Source of the DNA: a candidate division CPR2 bacterium GW2011_GWC2_39_10
GTDB taxonomy: Bacteria > Patescibacteriota > CPR2
DNA length: 64,000 nt
Direction of reading: 5' to 3'
Assembly (NCBI GenBank): GCA_000993275.1
Contig: LBVV01000009.1
Coordinates: 2,897 to 66,896 of the forward strand
Shown: in pieces, positions 21,708 through 30,684 of the stretch
Numbering within the stretch: the first letter of the stretch is position 1
Layout: every line of letters begins with the position of its first letter
Position numbers and translations under genes: made by a program
Notes under the pieces: generated by a model
The model's input: only the letters and a program-made list of their open reading frames with translations
Databases searched by the model: none
What the model was told of the DNA's origin: nothing

Positions 21708-22118
21708 ATGGTTGAAGAAAAAAAACAAGTCAAAAAACAATACTACTACGGCTTAGGAAGACGAAAAGAAGCTATTTCTAAAGTTAGGCTATATATTGGA
21801 AAAGGTGAATTTACTATAAACGGAAAGAAAATTGAAGAAATATTTAGTGCTTATTTAATTCAAAGACTAATTCAGCCCCTAAAGTTAACCGGAACAGAAA
21901 ATAAATTTGATATTTCTGTTGTTTCCTCAAGCGGAGGCAAAACCGGTCAAGCAGAAGCCACCAGGCTAGGAATTTCCAGAGCTCTAATAGAATTTAATCC
22001 GGAACTCAGGACCACTCTTAAAAAAGCCGGATTCTTAACCAGAGATCCAAGAGAAAAAGAAAGAAAGAAATACGGCCTAAAAAGAGCCAGAAAAGCACCA
22101 CAATTTGCAAAAAGATAA
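21708..22118 (+). CDS. rpsI: 30S ribosomal protein S9
   Basis: YYYGLGRRKEAISKVRL; ATG at 21708 after a GAGGAG RBS. Confidence 0.93.
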   Translation: MVEEKKQVKKQYYYGLGRRKEAISKVRLYIGKGEFTINGKKIEEIFSAYLIQRLIQPLKLTGTENKFDISVVSSSGGKTGQAEATRLGISRALIEFNPELRTTLKKAGFLTRDPREKERKKYGLKRARKAPQFAKR

Positions 22119-22124
22119 AAAAAA

Positions 22125-22147
22125 CCACTCGAAAGAGTGGTTTTTTA
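22125..22147 (+). terminator. Rho-independent terminator that ends the ribosomal super-operon
   Basis: CCACTC-GAAA-GAGTGG followed by TTTTTT. Confidence 0.8.
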
Positions 22148-22190
22148 GTAAACAGTTAATGGCAAGCAGAAACCACCCTCATTTTTGCTT

Positions 22191-22240
22191 TGTCAATCCG
22201 GACATTCCTTTAGAAAATACAATCAAGTGATCCGGAATCC
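22191..22240. repeat. ~50-nt palindromic element (CCGGACATTC...TGATCCGGAATCC). A second copy sits at 25215-25263.
   Basis: The two copies align almost base for base. Confidence 0.7.
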
Positions 22241-22282
22241 AGAAAGAAAAAAATATCAATCCTGTCCTTTTCTGAAGCAAAA

Positions 22283-22452
22283 AGTAACTGCTCACAATCC
22301 TGCATTTTATGTTCATATATTATATTAAACTATTTATGTCATACCAAACTTGATTTGGGATCCACTTGTTCAGTTAAATATCGAGCTTTCTGGATTCCGG
22401 ATCAAGTCCGGAATGACAAGAAAGGGGGGGGTGATTGTGAGCAGTTACAGCA
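22283..22452. mobile_element. MITE-like element (~170 bp) with perfect 16-bp terminal inverted repeats GTAACTGCTCACAATC. No transposase is present.
   Basis: The left TIR is at 22285-22300 and its reverse complement at 22435-22450. The interior carries an ATTCCGGA-TCAAG-TCCGGAAT hairpin. Confidence 0.6.
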
Positions 22453-22798
22453 AAAAATATTGATTTTTGGCCATATTTATGATAAAATATAAAATCAATC
22501 AAAATGTAACTTTGCAAAAAAATAAAAAAAGTGGAATGAATTTAGGAGGGGATTCGGATGTAATTGAAATGGTATCTCGTTTTGTTTGCAAGTTTCGTTG
22601 TGTGCGGACTGTTTTATTGGTACATAAGAAAGATCAATAAGGTAAGGGCTTTAGAACTCTGGAGATTACAGATTACAGATTCTATTATGGAAAATGGACT
22701 TTCAACAGTAGAAATGGGGGAACGAGGCGCGTAGGTAGAAATCCAACTTGCTTAAGATGTGTAAATTGTTTATGATAATTTAGTAAATAGGAGCAAGA

Positions 22799-23188
22799 AT
22801 GGGCGATCTCTCAGTTGCAATTTTGATATGTTTAATAATAGTTATTCTGATTTATTCCATACCATATCGTATTGTGGGAGATGTAATTGGTTTTATTCCG
22901 CGACATGCGATATCAAACTATCCAGAAATAGCTAAGAAATATTTCGGCTCAGAAATCGCTAATTTAACCTCTATGATAGCCATCTCTGGTGGAATATTTA
23001 GGTATAAAACTAAAATAAAGCAAATTAAAAGTTTTCTAAATGATACAGACTGTTCTCAGGATCCAAGGCTTGTGAAACTTGTCAAAAGGCTTAATATTTT
23101 TTTAGTGATGCGAAAGATCTATTTTGGATTACTAATTATGTTAACTATTTATTTCTTTATTTTTCTTTATCTAACATCGATGAGATAG
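22799..23188 (+). CDS. Hypothetical small membrane protein
   Basis: The ORF has hydrophobic segments; the codon-bias support is weak. Confidence 0.35.
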   Translation: MGDLSVAILICLIIVILIYSIPYRIVGDVIGFIPRHAISNYPEIAKKYFGSEIANLTSMIAISGGIFRYKTKIKQIKSFLNDTDCSQDPRLVKLVKRLNIFLVMRKIYFGLLIMLTIYFFIFLYLTSMR

Positions 23189-23242
23189 TTGCAAGAAAAG
23201 GCTATTGGGTCTATTTATTATTTTCATAAAAGATTTTATCTT

Positions 23243-23460
23243 TTGCCACTTTTTGGAAAGTGGCGTAAAACTTTCGGCTGTCTTCGCCAAAGTGTCGGAA
23301 GTAGCACTCATTCTTTCTCAAAAAAATTGCCGCTCCTCCGGATCGCCCTCACGCCCAGCTAAAGCTGGCCTCCGGTAGGAATTTTTTTGAGATAGTCATT
23401 CGTTTCTTCCTCTCTTTGGCTGCGGAGGCCGATTTAGGACTCGTAAAATCGAAGATTTTT
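23243..23460. repeat. Repeat family B, diverged copy 4
   Basis: Shares the CCACTTTTTGG..AAAGTGG hairpin, the ..AAAACT..CGGC segment and the CTCAAAAA/TTTTTGAGAT inverted pair with the other copies. Confidence 0.5.
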
Positions 23461-23467
23461 TGGTAAT

Positions 23468-24028
23468 ATGAAGTCAAAAGGAGCATTGGTGAAAATAAAA
23501 GATAATAGTGACTTGTTTAATGAATGTAAAGACGCCTTTAGGTTAGAAACGTTATCCGTTTACTCAATACCTGAAGAGGAAAAATACCTCCAATTATATT
23601 ATGATGGCAAGCCACTACCACCACAAGAATGTTGTATGACTGAATGGCACACAATGTTAACAAAAGCGAAAGAAAGAGGCGCCTCTTTTAAAAGATTGAG
23701 GTCTTTACCGGAAAGTTTTAATAACTACATAAGAGCCGAAATTGAATGGGGCTACATATATAATGCCGAATTCGGTGAAAATATAAGAATGATTACTCCT
23801 AGTTTGATAAAAGAGAAAGTTAGCAAGGAAAAACTTGTAGATTTTTGGATTTTTGATAATGCTTCAGTTTTACTAATGAATTACGATACGGAAGGTCATT
23901 TCCTTGGCAGCAATCTAGTGGATGACTTCAGGGAAGTTGATAAATATATAAAGATAAAAGAGTTGCTATGGCCGCTAGGCCAGAAGCTGGAAGATTTTTT
24001 AAAAGAATATCGCGCTAAAAAGTATTAA
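23468..24028 (+). CDS. Hypothetical protein, possibly DUF6879-like (an uncertain recollection of the FWIFD..VLLMNYD.EGHF pattern)
   Basis: The ORF has an AAGGAG RBS that fits an in-frame GTG at 23498. No confident family assignment. Confidence 0.5.
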   Translation: MKSKGALVKIKDNSDLFNECKDAFRLETLSVYSIPEEEKYLQLYYDGKPLPPQECCMTEWHTMLTKAKERGASFKRLRSLPESFNNYIRAEIEWGYIYNAEFGENIRMITPSLIKEKVSKEKLVDFWIFDNASVLLMNYDTEGHFLGSNLVDDFREVDKYIKIKELLWPLGQKLEDFLKEYRAKKY

Positions 24029-24103
24029 AACTCGACAAATTTGTGGTTTTTTTGCTATAATTAAGCCATGAATTTATATTGTGCAATTTTTTTATAAGTT
24101 CTA

Positions 24104-24133
24104 GATTCCCGATCGGGTCGGGAATGACGAAGG
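24104..24133. repeat. GTCATTCC-family hairpin (ATTCCCGA-TCGGGT-CGGGAATGAC)
   Basis: Seen in the sequence. Confidence 0.55.
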
Positions 24134-24205
24134 GAAAGCAGATTCCGGCTTTTATCTAAAGAGGGTAGGCACGTAAAGACTTGTTTATTGCTTATTGCTT
24201 TTTGT

Positions 24206-25126
24206 TTATTTTTTAACTAGTGGTAATGTACAGCATCTAAAGCCTGCTCCGGTTTTGGGGGCTTCGTCAAATTTTACCGGAATAATTTTTATGTTCATAT
24301 CAGTTAAAAGTTTAATTAATCTTGTTGCATTGTGCCGCATAATAATTGTGTTCGGGTCAATTACCAAAACGTTGGAAAATAGGGCGTCTTGTTCTTCCCT
24401 CGAGATATCAATTAACGCGTAATTATCTAAAATCTCTTGAGGAATTTCTTTTAAACCATTTTTATAAATCAGGGCCTTGCCAGCGACAATTGGGCCAAAA
24501 GTACAGTCTAGGTGCAGACATTCTTCGTCGTCTTCCGGTAGTTTCATGAATACGGGAATAACTTTATATTTGGTATCCCTTAAAGCATCTTTCAAAAAAT
24601 TTAAGCCTTCTTCAGTTGATCTTTGACCGATTCCACAAAAAACAAAACCTTTGTCCAAAATTATGTCGCCGCTTTCTAAAATTATCCCTTCGGGAATTCG
24701 AATAATTTTATCTTCAGGAATTAAATCCAAAATATCTTTTAAGGCTTCCCATTCCCGTTTACGGCTTATCTTTTTCATGTTGCAGATAAAAAACAAATCG
24801 CCGATAACAAAGGCAATGTCGCGGGGTGGAAGCTGGTCGCATACGCCGGTAGAACAGGGCAATGGAAGCAAGTGCCGAACGTGAACGCCTAAATCCTTCA
24901 AAACCAATTCTAAACCGTCAAATTCCTTTTTTAAACTTTCGGCCGTAGGTTTATCGTCAGAGAAATAATATTTTTTTTGAGTATTATTAACTATTTCCAA
25001 AGTTTTAGGGTCAGAAAGGAAATTATCCGGATAGCCAATTACCACATCCCTTAAAGTGTCCGTTTCATTCAAGCAATGGGGGATTAAGTTTTCTTTTTTA
25101 TTTTTAGTAATTATTTCTTCTTTCAT
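24206..25126 (-). CDS. Amidinotransferase-superfamily enzyme (DDAH / arginine deiminase-like)
   Basis: C-terminal GAGFRCCTLPL matches the catalytic Cys motif G.G.RC.T.PL of this superfamily; 306 aa. Confidence 0.6.
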   Translation of the reverse strand: MKEEIITKNKKENLIPHCLNETDTLRDVVIGYPDNFLSDPKTLEIVNNTQKKYYFSDDKPTAESLKKEFDGLELVLKDLGVHVRHLLPLPCSTGVCDQLPPRDIAFVIGDLFFICNMKKISRKREWEALKDILDLIPEDKIIRIPEGIILESGDIILDKGFVFCGIGQRSTEEGLNFLKDALRDTKYKVIPVFMKLPEDDEECLHLDCTFGPIVAGKALIYKNGLKEIPQEILDNYALIDISREEQDALFSNVLVIDPNTIIMRHNATRLIKLLTDMNIKIIPVKFDEAPKTGAGFRCCTLPLVKK

Positions 25127-25214
25127 AGGTTCTAGAAGATTTTATCAAGGAAAGGGCTAGGTGTTAAGACGATTTTTCATAAATGCTATTTAGTGGTGTT
25201 TTTCTCACATTTCC

Positions 25215-25263
25215 GTCATTCCGGACATTCATTTAAAAAGTACAATCATTTGATCCGGAATCC
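25215..25263. repeat. Second copy of the ~50-nt CCGGACATTC...GATCCGGAATCC palindromic element
   Basis: Aligns with 22191-22240. Confidence 0.7.
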
Positions 25264-25282
25264 ATTCTTTTTTAAAGTACTT

Positions 25283-25415
25283 TCTTTTCCACTTTTGGCA
25301 GCAAAAGTGGAGCAAAACTGCCGACACGCTACAAAATCGGATTAGCACATAAGGCTCATTCACTCTCAAAAAGTCGAACTCGTCGTGCATCTCGATTTTT
25401 CCGCTACAGTCGGAC
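25283..25415. repeat. Repeat family B, copy 1 (133 bp)
   Basis: Near-identical to 31446-31594 apart from a 17-bp indel. Starts with the hairpin CCACTTTTGGCAGCAAAAGTGG. Confidence 0.85.
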
Positions 25416-25484
25416 AAAAGAAGGGAAATTTGATTTAAAGGCAAAAATTATTTTTTTAATCAATTCTTTGCTATAATAACATTA

Positions 25485-25811
25485 ATGAAAAAGCGGCGGA
25501 TAAAATTTATCTTAAAAGCAACGGATTTTGTTTTGCTAACATTTATTCTTTTTCCGATGGCTTTTTATATTAATCGAATTTATGGTTGCGATGCTTGTCA
25601 TTTAAATTTCATTCAGAACCTCTTAAAATCTATTGCCCAATACTTAATCAAGGTTCAGGTTTTAGTGTTTGCGCCGGCCTTAGTCGTTTTTTTTATCCCG
25701 TTTTCCATTGTCATGGAATGGGCAAGCGGCAGTCCCAGGGAATGGAAGCTGACTGCATATATCGCTTGCATCATTAGTCTTATGGCTCTAATGTATTTTG
25801 TGTTTACATAA
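25485..25811 (+). CDS. Hypothetical membrane protein
   Basis: Three predicted TM segments; no family recognised. Confidence 0.4.
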   Translation: MKKRRIKFILKATDFVLLTFILFPMAFYINRIYGCDACHLNFIQNLLKSIAQYLIKVQVLVFAPALVVFFIPFSIVMEWASGSPREWKLTAYIACIISLMALMYFVFT

Positions 25812-25869
25812 AATACAATTGGCACTTATGAAGCGACCATGGTAAAATAGTTTTTAGTTAAGGAGGGAT

Positions 25870-26265
25870 ATGGGTTATATCGACAAAATTGCTTCTTCAT
25901 TTGCAAACTACCTGGTTGCGGTTTGGCAGCAGATTAGTTGGATTTTTACTACGGATACAATTAAAATGAAGCCGCTGTTATTTTTGGATATTATTTTAGT
26001 GGCCTTTGTTTTCTATTGGATTTACATTTTTCTTAAAAAAACCACAGCTTCACGATTCCTACCCGGGTTCCTCGCATTTTCTGTTTTTGCCGGCCTTGGT
26101 TATCTTTTTGATTTAAATGCCGTTGCTTGGTTATTTTCTAAAATGTTTTTAGTCATAATTGTGGCAATTCCCATAATATTTCAACCGGAAATTAGGGAAG
26201 CATTAAGTTTGATGTCAAAGAAAAAATCTTTGGTTAACGCTCCGATTAATAAGGAAGATAGATGA
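25870..26265 (+). CDS. cdaA: Diadenylate cyclase CdaA, N-terminal transmembrane module only. The catalytic DAC domain is missing.
   Basis: Aligns with the B. subtilis CdaA TM region up to the IIFQPELRRALEQLG junction (here IIFQPEIREALSLM). It stops 14 aa later, and cdaR starts immediately. Confidence 0.65.
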   Translation: MGYIDKIASSFANYLVAVWQQISWIFTTDTIKMKPLLFLDIILVAFVFYWIYIFLKKTTASRFLPGFLAFSVFAGLGYLFDLNAVAWLFSKMFLVIIVAIPIIFQPEIREALSLMSKKKSLVNAPINKEDR

Positions 26266-27482
26266 AGTACATAACCAATAATTTTTTTGTTAAATTTTTA
26301 TGTTTGGTGCTTGCCTTTGTTTTTTGGGTTTTTGTGATGGCAGCTGACACCAGAATGGGTTATTTCCCCAAAGAAATCGAGGTAAAAGTTAGAAATATTG
26401 CTAACGGTCTTGCGGTAGTGGAGGATACTGTTCCAATAAAAATTAAAGTAAAAGCTCCCTTAACCGTATATAATAAATTAAATGATAAAAGTTTTGAGGC
26501 TTACGTGGACGCTTCCAGTATAAAAGAAGCCGGGGCCGAAAATTTAGATATTAAAATTGATTCAAAGGAAGCGGGTGTTCAGGTAGTAGGGTCGGACCCT
26601 AAATCCTTCCTATTAAAATTGGAAGATGAAGAAACTAAAAAAATGGCTATAACCCTAAGCCATAAGGGAAAACCGTCTGATGATTATAAAGTTGGAACCG
26701 GGGAAATTTCGACAAAAGACGTTATAGTGACCGGTTCCCCTACAAAATTAAAAAAAATAGCAGATGTTGTGGCGTTGATAGAGTTAAAGGGTAATGAAAA
26801 AGGAAATATTGATGCCGACATGCCGGTAGTCGCTTTAGACGAAGATAACAATACCATTAATTATCTGGTTTTTGATCCGGAAATTGTGGGTGTTAAGATG
26901 GCCATTATTCCAAAGGTGGTGTCTAAATCCGTTGGTATAAAAGTGAACTTAACAGGTGAGGCGGCTAAAGGCTACTGGGTAAGCAAGATAAAAACCGATC
27001 CGGAGATTGTGGCCGTTAAAGGAGAGCTTGAAAAAATAAAAAATATGGAATATGTGGAAACTGAAAAAATTGATTTGGTGGGGAATTCGCAAACTATGAT
27101 TGCTCGTGCTAAGTTTCAGTTGCCGGAAGGTGTAAAAGTGGCAGATAATATAGACAAAGTTAATGTCCAAATTTTTATTTCTAAAATTGATGCTACCAAA
27201 ACCATATCGCCCGCGGTAAACTTTAAAAGGGGAAATCCGAAATATAAAGCGGAGACCTTAAATATGCCGGCCGTTACCTTGTCCGGTTCGCAAGCCGCCC
27301 TAAATGCCGCTACTTCTGAAAATGTTGTTTTGAATATAGATTTGTCAAGTTACGGACCGGGCGAGCAAAAAATTCAAATTAAAAAAGAAATGGTGACAGT
27401 TTCTGGTGAAGTTGAAGTGACTAAAGTTTTACCGGAGTTTATAACAATAAAAATAACGGAGATAGCAACACCAACCCCATGA
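26262..27482 (+). CDS. cdaR: YbbR-domain protein (CdaR-like regulator of CdaA)
   Basis: N-terminal TM followed by repeated YbbR-like modules (..G.AAKGYWVSKIKTDPEIVAVKG.. pattern). It lies directly downstream of the cdaA remnant. Confidence 0.7.
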   Translation: MKYITNNFFVKFLCLVLAFVFWVFVMAADTRMGYFPKEIEVKVRNIANGLAVVEDTVPIKIKVKAPLTVYNKLNDKSFEAYVDASSIKEAGAENLDIKIDSKEAGVQVVGSDPKSFLLKLEDEETKKMAITLSHKGKPSDDYKVGTGEISTKDVIVTGSPTKLKKIADVVALIELKGNEKGNIDADMPVVALDEDNNTINYLVFDPEIVGVKMAIIPKVVSKSVGIKVNLTGEAAKGYWVSKIKTDPEIVAVKGELEKIKNMEYVETEKIDLVGNSQTMIARAKFQLPEGVKVADNIDKVNVQIFISKIDATKTISPAVNFKRGNPKYKAETLNMPAVTLSGSQAALNAATSENVVLNIDLSSYGPGEQKIQIKKEMVTVSGEVEVTKVLPEFITIKITEIATPTP

Positions 27483-28501
27483 AATTAGAAGATAGACATA
27501 ATTTAAAACTTATCATTATCCTATTCCTGGCGCTGCTATTGGGTGGTACTATTGGTTTTGTTGCTTTTACGGACGAAGACATACTAACCGCTTTCTACAG
27601 GACTATCATTTTAATGCTGACTCACTTTGACCATGAAATTCCGGAGACTTGGGGAGTAAGGCTTCTTGTCTTGGGTCTAATTTTTGGAAGTCTTATCATT
27701 ATGGCATATTTAATAAAGATATTTGCTCAGTATATTTTTGAAGGAACGCTGAGTGATAATATAAGGAGGCGAAGAATGAAAAAAGAAATAGATGCTATGA
27801 AAGACCATTTTATAGTTTGCGGTTTTGGGCGTGTCGGACAACAGATCGTTCAGGAGCTTATAAATGAAGATGTCAATTTTGTCGTTTTAGATCGTGACGA
27901 AAAAGCATTTCATGATAGAATATCAAAGAAGATTAAATTTTTGCCTAAAGATCCAACATTCGAGGATAATTTGCGTGATGCGGGTATTTACAGGGCCAAG
28001 TCTTTAATTGCGGGTTTGGGTGAAGATACGGATAATTTGCTTCTAACATTGGCGGCCAGATCCCTAAATCCCAACCTTTATATCGTTTCCAGATGTAGTT
28101 TTGAGGAAAATGCGGCAAAATTAGAAAAGGCAGGAGCGGACAGAGTTGCAATGCCGTATCAAATTGGCGGATATCATATGGCCACTATGGCCTTGAGGCC
28201 GGCAGTTGTTGATTTTTTAGATGTCATTATAGACAGCAAGCATCACGAATTGCAAATAGAAGAAGTTTGTGTTGAAGAAGATTCGCCGCTAATTGGCAAG
28301 CCATTAACGGAATATTTATCCAGAAAAAGAACGGGTGCCACAATTTTGGCAATTAACCGTTATGATGGAACATCTGTTATTAATCCGGCGGGAGACGAAA
28401 TAATTTATAGTAAAGACAAACTAATAATTATGGGCACAAAGAAGCAGTTGGAAAATTTGGCCAGTTCAATCTTTAGCGAGGAGAGTATTATTGTTAAGTA
28501 A
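27479..28501 (+). CDS. Ion-channel protein with an RCK (TrkA-N/TrkA-C) domain
   Basis: Two N-terminal TM segments and pore region; GFGRVGQQIVQEL Rossmann motif; C-terminal TrkA-C. Confidence 0.7.
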   Translation: MKLEDRHNLKLIIILFLALLLGGTIGFVAFTDEDILTAFYRTIILMLTHFDHEIPETWGVRLLVLGLIFGSLIIMAYLIKIFAQYIFEGTLSDNIRRRRMKKEIDAMKDHFIVCGFGRVGQQIVQELINEDVNFVVLDRDEKAFHDRISKKIKFLPKDPTFEDNLRDAGIYRAKSLIAGLGEDTDNLLLTLAARSLNPNLYIVSRCSFEENAAKLEKAGADRVAMPYQIGGYHMATMALRPAVVDFLDVIIDSKHHELQIEEVCVEEDSPLIGKPLTEYLSRKRTGATILAINRYDGTSVINPAGDEIIYSKDKLIIMGTKKQLENLASSIFSEESIIVK

Positions 28502-28844
28502 AGAATTTACAGAAGAGCAAAAAGAGATTTTGAAAAAAAAGCTTAAAGATATCGAGGCAGAACTGGAAGAAAGAGCAGTTAAGTCGCCGGATAATATTTT
28601 TTGGAAGGCAAAATTTGATGATTTTGGCATAGAGGACGACGATGAGGTCTTAGAAGACGAAGTTTTCGATGTCAAAGTTGCCCAAATAAAAAATTTGTTA
28701 GAAGATAAGGCGCAAATTGAGTTAGCGTTGGAAAAGTTTTATAACGGAAGTTACGGTATTTGTGCGAATTGCCGTCAAGAAATTGATGTAGAAAGATTAA
28801 AGGCTTTCCCTGAAGCAACATTTTGTATAAAATGTGATTCATGA
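28491..28844 (+). CDS. DksA/TraR-family C4 zinc-finger protein
   Basis: Coiled-coil N-terminus and C-terminal CANCRQEI...FCIKCD. Confidence 0.65.
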   Translation: MLSKEFTEEQKEILKKKLKDIEAELEERAVKSPDNIFWKAKFDDFGIEDDDEVLEDEVFDVKVAQIKNLLEDKAQIELALEKFYNGSYGICANCRQEIDVERLKAFPEATFCIKCDS

Positions 28845-29770
28845 AAAAGGATTATAAAATTGATAATGAGGGATCCGGCAAAAGACTGGATGTTTTTTTA
28901 GTTTCCAGGGAGACTAATTATTCCAGGTCTTTTGTCCAGAAATTAATAATTGGGGGTAGGGTGCTAATTAATAATGTTTCCGGAAAAGCGAATATGATAT
29001 TAAAAGTGGGAGACTCCGTTTCATTTACAGCTCCGGAAGCAAAAAAAGAAGAAAAATTAAAGCCGTCTAACGATATAGAGATCCCTATAATTTTTGAGAA
29101 TGAAGAATTTTTAGCAATAAACAAACCGGCCGGGCTTGTTGTTCATCCGGCATTTGGTCACCCGGATGATACCTTAGTAAATATTCTTGTATCAATGCGT
29201 CCGGATTTAATGCGTCTGGATAATTTACGTCCGGGAATTATTCATCGGCTGGATAAAGATACTTCCGGCATAATGCTGGTTGCAAAAACCCAGGAAGCGG
29301 TAACTTTTTTATCCAAGGAAATTGAAAATAGAAAAGTAAAGAAACATTATTTGGCTTTGGTTTTTGGCAAGGTCGATCCTAAAAGGGGAGAGATTAATGT
29401 TCCCCTTAAAAGATCTTCGGTTAATAGAAAAAAAGTTGATGTTTCCGCGGCGGGTAAAACAGCAATTACGAATTATGAAGTGGCGGAGGAACTGGGCAAC
29501 GCGACATTAATAAATGCTTTTCCGGTAACCGGCAGAACGCATCAAATTAGAGTTCATTTTTCGTATATTGGTCATCCAATAATTGGCGATGAAACATATT
29601 CGTCAGGGTTACAACTTCTGGAGGCGAAAAAGTTGGGGGTTACCAGGCAAATGCTTCATGCTTATCGCTTGGGTTTTAAAGACCCCAAAACTAAAAAATG
29701 GCTGGAACTAGAGGCTCCGGTTCCTCAAGATTTTCAAAAGTTACTTCAGAAAACAAGGATGGAAAAATGA
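28841..29770 (+). CDS. rluD: RluA-family 23S rRNA pseudouridine synthase (RluD-like)
   Basis: S4 domain and HRLDKDTSGIMLVAKT catalytic motif. Confidence 0.85.
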   Translation: MKKDYKIDNEGSGKRLDVFLVSRETNYSRSFVQKLIIGGRVLINNVSGKANMILKVGDSVSFTAPEAKKEEKLKPSNDIEIPIIFENEEFLAINKPAGLVVHPAFGHPDDTLVNILVSMRPDLMRLDNLRPGIIHRLDKDTSGIMLVAKTQEAVTFLSKEIENRKVKKHYLALVFGKVDPKRGEINVPLKRSSVNRKKVDVSAAGKTAITNYEVAEELGNATLINAFPVTGRTHQIRVHFSYIGHPIIGDETYSSGLQLLEAKKLGVTRQMLHAYRLGFKDPKTKKWLELEAPVPQDFQKLLQKTRMEK

Positions 29771-30684
29771 TCGGCGACATTATCCAATTGGAGAAGGCGA
29801 GAATGGCCTATAAAAATGGCACCCTAAAACAGTCATATTTAATTACCGGTCCGTGGGATATCGGAAAAAAAGATTTTGCCATAGCGTTTTCGGCAATGAT
29901 TTTTTGCGAAACTAAAGACAATTGCGGTAAATGTAAGGGCTGCAAAAAAACCAATTCTTTTTCTAATCCCGACTTCTATGTTTTAGATGAGGAAGGGCAA
30001 ATAAAAATTGATTCGATAAGAGAGCTAAATAAAAAATTAAATTTAAAGCCCTATGAGTTTGAAAGTAAGGTAGCTTTAATAATTGGGGCAGAGAGAATGA
30101 CAATTGAAGCGGCAAATAGTTTACTAAAGATATTAGAAGAACCGCCGGAAGATTCTGTTATTATTCTTACATCCGCCGTACCCGGTCAATTGCTAGAAAC
30201 CATTAAGTCCAGATGTCAGGATATCAAGTTAAAAAATATGCCTAAAAAAATGATTGTTGAAGAATTAATTAAAAACCATGGCTTGAAAAGCGATGAGGCC
30301 TTAAGAATTGCCAATATCGCTTTAGGAAGGCCAAAATTAGCGGAGAAATTGGTCGTAAATGATGATTATGGTGAAGAGGTTGAATTTTTAAGAGAAATTG
30401 CAAAAAAAAATTTGTGCGATAGGTTCAAATTGGCGTCAGATTTTGCCGAAAAAAAGAATGTGTTAAGGTTAATCGGTTATTGGGAGACTTTTTTTATGGA
30501 TCTTTTAAAAGCAAAAATGGATGGCAGGGATGACCTGTCAACAACAAAACATAAGGTTAAAGATTTCTCTTGGGACATCTGGGCAATCGTAAACATACTT
30601 GACATTTTAGAGAAAATGAGGGAATATATCCAGAGTAAAATCAAAAATAAACTAATTCTAGAGAACATATTCTTAAATATATGA
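29767..30684 (+). CDS. holB: DNA polymerase III delta-prime subunit
   Basis: AAA+ fold with ITGPWDIGKKDFA and the CGKCKGCKK zinc module. The ATG at 29767 overlaps the rluD stop in an ATGA arrangement. Confidence 0.8.
   Translation: MIGDIIQLEKARMAYKNGTLKQSYLITGPWDIGKKDFAIAFSAMIFCETKDNCGKCKGCKKTNSFSNPDFYVLDEEGQIKIDSIRELNKKLNLKPYEFESKVALIIGAERMTIEAANSLLKILEEPPEDSVIILTSAVPGQLLETIKSRCQDIKLKNMPKKMIVEELIKNHGLKSDEALRIANIALGRPKLAEKLVVNDDYGEEVEFLREIAKKNLCDRFKLASDFAEKKNVLRLIGYWETFFMDLLKAKMDGRDDLSTTKHKVKDFSWDIWAIVNILDILEKMREYIQSKIKNKLILENIFLNI

Noticed and set aside
25229-25444. 71-aa minus-strand ORF
   Set aside because: It is composed of the palindromic element and family-B repeat sequence, so a repeat-derived ORF.
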